A DNA stretch of 64,000 nucleotides. Origin: Octopus vulgaris. Taxonomy: Eukaryota. A program made the position numbers and the translations under genes. The number at the start of each line of letters is the position of its first letter. Positions within the stretch are counted from its first letter, which is position 1. This document shows positions 57,673 through 64,000 of this stretch, piece by piece. Under the pieces are notes generated by a model that made no database searches, was not told where the DNA came from, and worked only from the letters and a program-made list of their open reading frames with translations. The stretch covers positions 109,802,001-109,866,000 of the forward strand of contig OX597817.1 in assembly GCA_951406725.2 (NCBI GenBank), given 5' to 3'.

Positions 57673-58056
57673 GGTATGCAATTAAATGTACTAAAACTTC
57701 ATGTCTTTTATAAGCTGGAAGTTAAATTTTTGTAAGTTTAAATTGTAGGATCGAAAGCATCTGTACACTTTGTAGTAATTAGCTTGCTATTGCAGGATTG
57801 TATAATGTTATACATATGTATTGGAGTGTGTGTTTATGTTTTGCTTTTAGAGTGGTGTTGGCGAATCAATTTATTTCTATGTATCCATAGAAACATCAAT
57901 GCTCGTACTTGTTTCTAGATTATTTGGTTGTGTTGGCACATGTTTATATCTGGCGAATGCACAAATCAAATCATATATTTGCATAATTTATATCTAAATA
58001 ATGGAGATGATTATAAGTAACAAACTAAATATTAAATGTCGACATACAACGTTATT

Positions 58057-58109
<53 letters not shown>

Positions 58110-58680
58110 GCGTGTGTGTGTGTGTGCGTGTACGTGTGCATGTGTGTACGTGTATATATGCTCTCTATTCTCCCATTAAATAAAAAAGAGAATCACTCCG
58201 TTGAAAAGACTCAAGAACACATGCACATGCTTGTCGTCTTTTCTGACATATTCCTAGTCTTCATGTTTATTGGTGCATGAAAACAAGTCAATCCAGACGA
58301 GAAGCTGGCAACAAAGACACCATATAAGTTCACCAGATAACACTGCTGTAAATCGTACGTCAAATCATTGACAAAAGAATACGTCGGCATAAAACTGAGC
58401 TGAGCTTTAAAATTCCTTATTTCAAATTCAAATAATCCGCGGATACATGATATTCCAATGTAAATCGTATTACTATATCGCTACTTAGAATAATTTACAA
58501 ACGGGCCATGTAGCACACACATACTACTATTTTGAATGTAGATACATCCATGTCGTATACATGTATGCTTATACTGCACATGTGTGCTCTAATGTTGCAT
58601 ACACCCACCTTCATTTTGAATACACCTTAACCATTGGATCATATGACTATCTGATGTTACGTACTCCCCACACACACATC

Positions 58681-58897
58681 AAGGCGACGAGCTGGCGGAA
58701 TCGTTAGCACGCCGGGCAAAATGCTTAGCGGCATTTCGTCCATCTTTGCGTTCTGAGTTCAAATTCCGCCAAGGTCGACTTTACTTTCCATCTTTTCGAG
58801 GTCGATAAAATAAGTACCAGTTGAACACTGGGTTTGATGCAATCGACTTACCCACTCTCCCGGGATTGCTGGCTCTGTTCCAAAACTTGAAATCAAT
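58681..58897 (+). mobile_element. SINE family A, full length
   Basis: aaggcgacgagctggcggaatcgttagcacgccgggcaaaatgcttagcggc...gagttcaaattcc...gtcgataaaataagtaccag. Confidence 0.9.
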
Positions 58898-59050
58898 ATT
58901 ACTTACCTTTACCTCATAGAACATATACTTGCAACTACATTGTATATATTTGCTTCTTGTCATATATCTGTTCCATGTTGTGTATGTCTATCTAGATATT
59001 AATTTATATACCTACGTTTTCGAAGTAACAGATATATATATGTATATATT

Positions 59051-59082
<32 letters not shown>

Positions 59083-59096
59083 GAGAGAGAGATACA

Positions 59097-59130
<34 letters not shown>

Positions 59131-59135
59131 CATAT

Positions 59136-59205
<70 letters not shown>

Positions 59206-59397
59206 AATTATCAATAAGGCAAACACGAAAAATCTTGCACAACAAATATTTAAACGTATATATACATATATATATATATATATATACATACATACATAGG
59301 TACATACATATATATATACATTTATATATATACATATATATACATACGTATATATATATATACACCTACATATAGATAGAAAGACAGATATATTGAT

Positions 59398-59498
<101 letters not shown>

Positions 59499-60322
59499 TA
59501 CATGCTCCAACGACGATGTTTTTTTTTTTATTTTCTCTCATAACCTATTATAATAATTATCAATAAGGCAAACACGAAAATAACTCAACTTCATAGTCTT
59601 CTTTTTCCTGACATCTATCTTGTTCTATTAATTATCATACATATGTCATATCAAATTTAATATTTATAATCATTTGTCGATTTTCGTTCATTTCCTTTAA
59701 TTGAATCATTTGACATTTCTTAACCTTCTAAACTGGAACCAGAAACCTATGCTAATGAAGTCACATATTTACGCCTACTCATTTTTTACCTTCAGAGTAA
59801 TATATCGTTGTTTCTGTGTGTGAACCCTTCTGAATGCTCGTCTCTCTTCCTTACCACCGCCCACCACCAGACTCCGCTTAAATCACCCTTCCCGGTTCTT
59901 CCTTCCTAGAATGCCATAACCTTGAATTATCTCCGTGCGCATGTTTTTTTCGTGCATCTGATAATTTGCAGTTAGTTGTTCAGGTAAAAATATCAGCTGC
60001 GTCGATCTCATCAGTGGCGAGAGCTCGGTAAATGTCATAGGTACGCTATTCTCTTTCGACAGACCAAACCATGAGAATAGAAACACGAAAAATGCTTAAA
60101 TCTGCGCATATAGAGAAGTATAAATTGTATTTCGTTTTGTTCTTTTACTTTCATATCCATCATATATCTATGTGCATGTGTGTTTGTGTGTCCGTGTCTG
60201 TGACTATGTGCCTGTGTGTGTGACGTATATAAGCTTTTCTTTAGAATTTAAGTTTTCTTCCTTTGCAGAATTCAAGGTGGTCTGACATCATGTATTATTT
60301 ATATGTATATGTACATATATAT

Positions 60323-60361
<39 letters not shown>

Positions 60362-60366
<5 letters not shown>

Positions 60367-60523
60367 GAGTGGGTGTGTGGCGAGAAGCTTGCTTCCCAAC
60401 CACATGATTAGGCTTTAGTCCCACTGCGTGGCACTTTGGGCAGGTATCTTCTGCTATGGCCTCGGGCCGACCAAAGCCTTGTGAGTGGATTTGGTAGATG
60501 GAAACTGAAAGAAGCCCGTCGTG

Positions 60524-60619
<96 letters not shown>

Positions 60620-60833
60620 GTATGTATTTGTGTGTCTGTGTTTGTCTCCTCACCATCGCTTGACAACCGATGCTGGTGTGTTTATGTCCCCGTAACTTAA
60701 CGGTTCGGCCAAAGAACGATAGAATAAATACTAGGCTTACAAAGAATAACTCCTGGCGTCGATTTCTTCGATTAAAAGCAGTGCTCCAGTATAGCCGTGT
60801 TCAAGATGACTGAAACAAATAAAAGAATAAAAA
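60362..60833 (+). mobile_element. SINE family B, full length (tRNA-like head, CORE-like centre, internal microsatellite)
   Basis: Head gcaggagtgggtgtgtggcgagaagcttgc, CORE-like tttgggcaggtatcttctgctatggcctc, internal (TA)/(CA) array, and tail gtgctccagtatagccg..tgactgaaacaaataaaag. Confidence 0.9.
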
Positions 60834-60853
60834 ACATATATTCATGTATGAAT

Positions 60854-60920
<67 letters not shown>

Positions 60921-62374
60921 TACAGACAGACAGATACTGGCCATCCAGAGGAGCATGGTTAGAACACTTAGGGAACACAAAATGATGTGTTGATTTTTAA
61001 AATGAAATGGGATGTTATTTCTTTTCATTTTTAGAAAATATTAGAAACACCGAATCCAACAGAGACCTTATACATATATCTTAATATAAGTCCTTCTATC
61101 TTTTATCTAAACAGTCCCTAATGTGTTCTCGGACGAAACAAAATGTATTTTGCTAGACTCGTTGGGTATTTTGCTAGACTGTGCGCATGTAGCCTTGTAT
61201 GTGTCAATGCAGATAAAAAAAACTGTGATACATGAATTAAAACAATCGACATGGTTACTTCTACCAGAAAAGATATAGTAGTGAGACATAAATTCTTACT
61301 ATTTATCGATCCAATGACCAATGATAAATGATTTTGCACTTCTGATAAAAAGAGTAGATGCTTTCGCTTGGATAATCTTTGCATTACAGCTGAACAGAAA
61401 TTCAATATGACTTTAATAATCTAAGAATCGAAGAGAGACTCATTCTTAAGATGGTAATAAATATGCATGTAGTATCTAAAGAAATACTTACAAGAAAACT
61501 ATCTATCTTAAAACACATGCAAGTAGATATATTCAGTATATGATACTCAGACATGCAAATTTATTTAATAAGAATGTGTGCTGAGTATAACAGACTTATT
61601 AATTATATATAGATACGCATATATCTTTATTCATATAAAATAATTGCGAACCAGCGTAGAAGTCACTGCAATGTCACTCGAGCCGTTAGGAAAAGAAAAA
61701 TTCTAATACACCACACGCACATTACCATCTCACAAAAAAATGACAGTTTAGTTATAATATTCTTAAATACAGTAAGTCTAAATAAAAGACAGAACTGCTG
61801 TCACGAATGCAATACCATCAATGAAATGCTTGTTTGATCAGGTCTAACAAGAAACTAAATAGTTGTATTTATAATACACTAATGCTGAAAACTTTCCAGA
61901 CAGTCTAACTGTTTCTAACTTTTACCGGTAGTATATTCCATTAGTTACCAAAAAACTTAATTTTCTCAAGAATGGACTTGGGCATAGTAGTGCAGTTAAT
62001 ATCAGTTTGCAAACACATAGCTCTGGATTCAATCCTACTGAACTTTATCTTCGGTAAACATCTTCTGCTGATGGTTTCAGAGTCAGATTAAAGTTTGGTT
62101 GAGTATAACCTGTACGCGAGCGCGAGCTCATAGGACATACACACACAGCTGTTCGTGCGTGCGTGGGGGAGTCGCGTTATTGAAGATGCATGGCTTAATG
62201 GTTAGAGTATTCGGCTCAAGATCGTAAGGTCATGATTTCGATTCCTGGAGGCGCGCTGTGTCCATGGGCATGACACTGCATTCTATGTTGTTTCAGTATC
62301 TTTGATCATGGAAAAAAACGACAACAACTCTAAAATTGAACTCAGATCCCTTCCTGGTGATAAATGAATCTTTT

Positions 62375-62772
62375 ATGTATTACTTGTTTCAGTCATCAGA
62401 CTGCGATCATGCTGGGGCACCACATTGAAGGATTTTAGTCGAACGAATCGACCCCAGTACCATTTTTCTTTAAAACCTAGTACCTATTACATCGGTCTCT
62501 TTTGCCGAACCTTTAAGTTACGGGGACGTTATCACACCAACACCGGTTGTCAAGCGGTAATAAGGGACAATCACGGACACAAAAGCACACACACACACAC
62601 ACACATATATATATACGATGGGCTTCTTTCTTTTTGCATCTACTAAATCCGCTCACAATGCTTTGGTCGGCCCGATGTTATAGTAAAAGACACTTGTTCA
62701 AGGTGCCACGCTGTGGGACTGAAGCCGGAAACGTTGTTGGGAAGCAAACGTCCTACCACACAGCCACACCTG
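62375..62772 (-). mobile_element. SINE family B, full length
   Basis: Reverse complement aligns along 60362-60833. Confidence 0.9.
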
Positions 62773-63578
62773 ACGAAGACTGTCGTTACATTATACCCGA
62801 GGAGATAACGTTTCGTTTTATTAAAACTCAATTCAGCGGTGGTGCCTTACAACAATAAGACGAAGAAAAAAACCAAGAATGAACGAAATGATGTATGAAT
62901 ACATACTAAGGAGAGAGATATAAACATCCGAATATGCTGCCGACAGAAACATCAAGTAAATGATTTTATAAACTAACGTTAACACATTGAATCCTTAAAA
63001 AATGCAGCCTGAGCTAAGAAGTCGACAAAAGGAAGCCGTTTCATTACTGAAAACTTGAAAACTGGAAAGCAACGGATGTGAAGTTGTCTCTTTAGATATT
63101 TCATATGAAAATAAAAGAAAAACATTATCAATGATATATTATATGTGTATATATGTGTGTGTGCACGTGTGTTCACATGCATATGTGTGTGTGTATACAC
63201 ACAGATATATGTAGATGTAATTATGATTATTTTTGTGTATATATATGTGTGCGTATATATATATATGTATACACACATGTGTAGATGTGGTTATTTGTGT
63301 GTATGTATATATATATACGTGTGTGTGTATATATATATGTGTGTATATATGTATATATGTAAATATGTATGTACATATGTATGTATACACACACACGTGT
63401 GTAGATGGGATTTTTTGTGTGTATATAGGTAATGCTTTCATACATGCATATGTACATATGTATGTGCAGGTATAAATATATAATCCATGTGTACGTGAGT
63501 GTATGTGTATACGTATGTATATATGTGTGTGAGAGTATTAGAGTGTGCTTACAAGATTTGATATTTGATATCAATAAT

Positions 63579-63791
63579 AAGGTGGCGAGCTGGCAGTACC
63601 GTTAGCACGCCGGGCAAAACGCCTAGCGATATTTCGTTCTTTTCTACGTTGCGAGACCAAATTCCGCCAAGTTCGACTTTGCTTTTCATCATTTCGGGGT
63701 CGATTAAAGAAGTACCAGTTGAACACTGAGGTCGATGTCATCGACTTAGCCGCTCCATCCGAAGTTACTAACCTTATGGCAAAATTTGATA
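63579..63791 (+). mobile_element. SINE family A, full length
   Basis: Aligns to 58681-58897. Confidence 0.9.
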
Positions 63792-64000
63792 TATACATGC
63801 TGCTGTTCTGTGTCTTTCTGCCCCTCTCTCTACACGCACATATACACACATGTCTATGTCTATAAATATGTGTGTGTATGTCTATATGCATTTATTAAGT
63901 TTATATATGTATGTATATATGCATATTTATCTATTTATTTATATATATATGTATGTATACATATATTTATATTTGTATATAATTGCATGTGTCTGTGTGA

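Noticed and set aside
62790-62843. Minus-strand CUGAAUUGA-GUUUU-AAU-AAAAC-GAAACGUUA
   Set aside because: The core has extra bases and there is no stem I; at best it is a decayed remnant.

Overview
This is AT-rich, repeat-dense eukaryotic non-coding DNA, most consistent with an octopus (coleoid cephalopod) genome; that assignment is inferred from my recognition of the SINE families and the heavy microsatellite load. No intact host gene or RNA gene can be supported, and almost all listed ORFs are microsatellite or repeat artefacts. Recognisable content includes several tRNA-derived SINE families, two decayed Tc1/mariner transposases, a non-autonomous Helitron-like element, three restriction-like endonuclease (R4/Dong-type) LINE fragments and a decayed Penelope-like (PLE) reverse transcriptase. 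The most notable signal is a set of PLE-type minimal hammerhead ribozyme motifs: one with an intact core (30614-30745, +) and one slightly decayed (19402-19462, -). There are also several mutually unrelated ORF-less foldback palindromes, whose symmetry axis sits in a hammerhead stem-II-like hairpin with the GAAA-palindrome-UH half mirrored on both arms. Long (GATA)n, (TG)n and (ATT)n arrays are nearly all oriented on the + strand, and weak candidate micro-exons hint at an unresolved + strand host transcript. All alignments and identities were done by eye.
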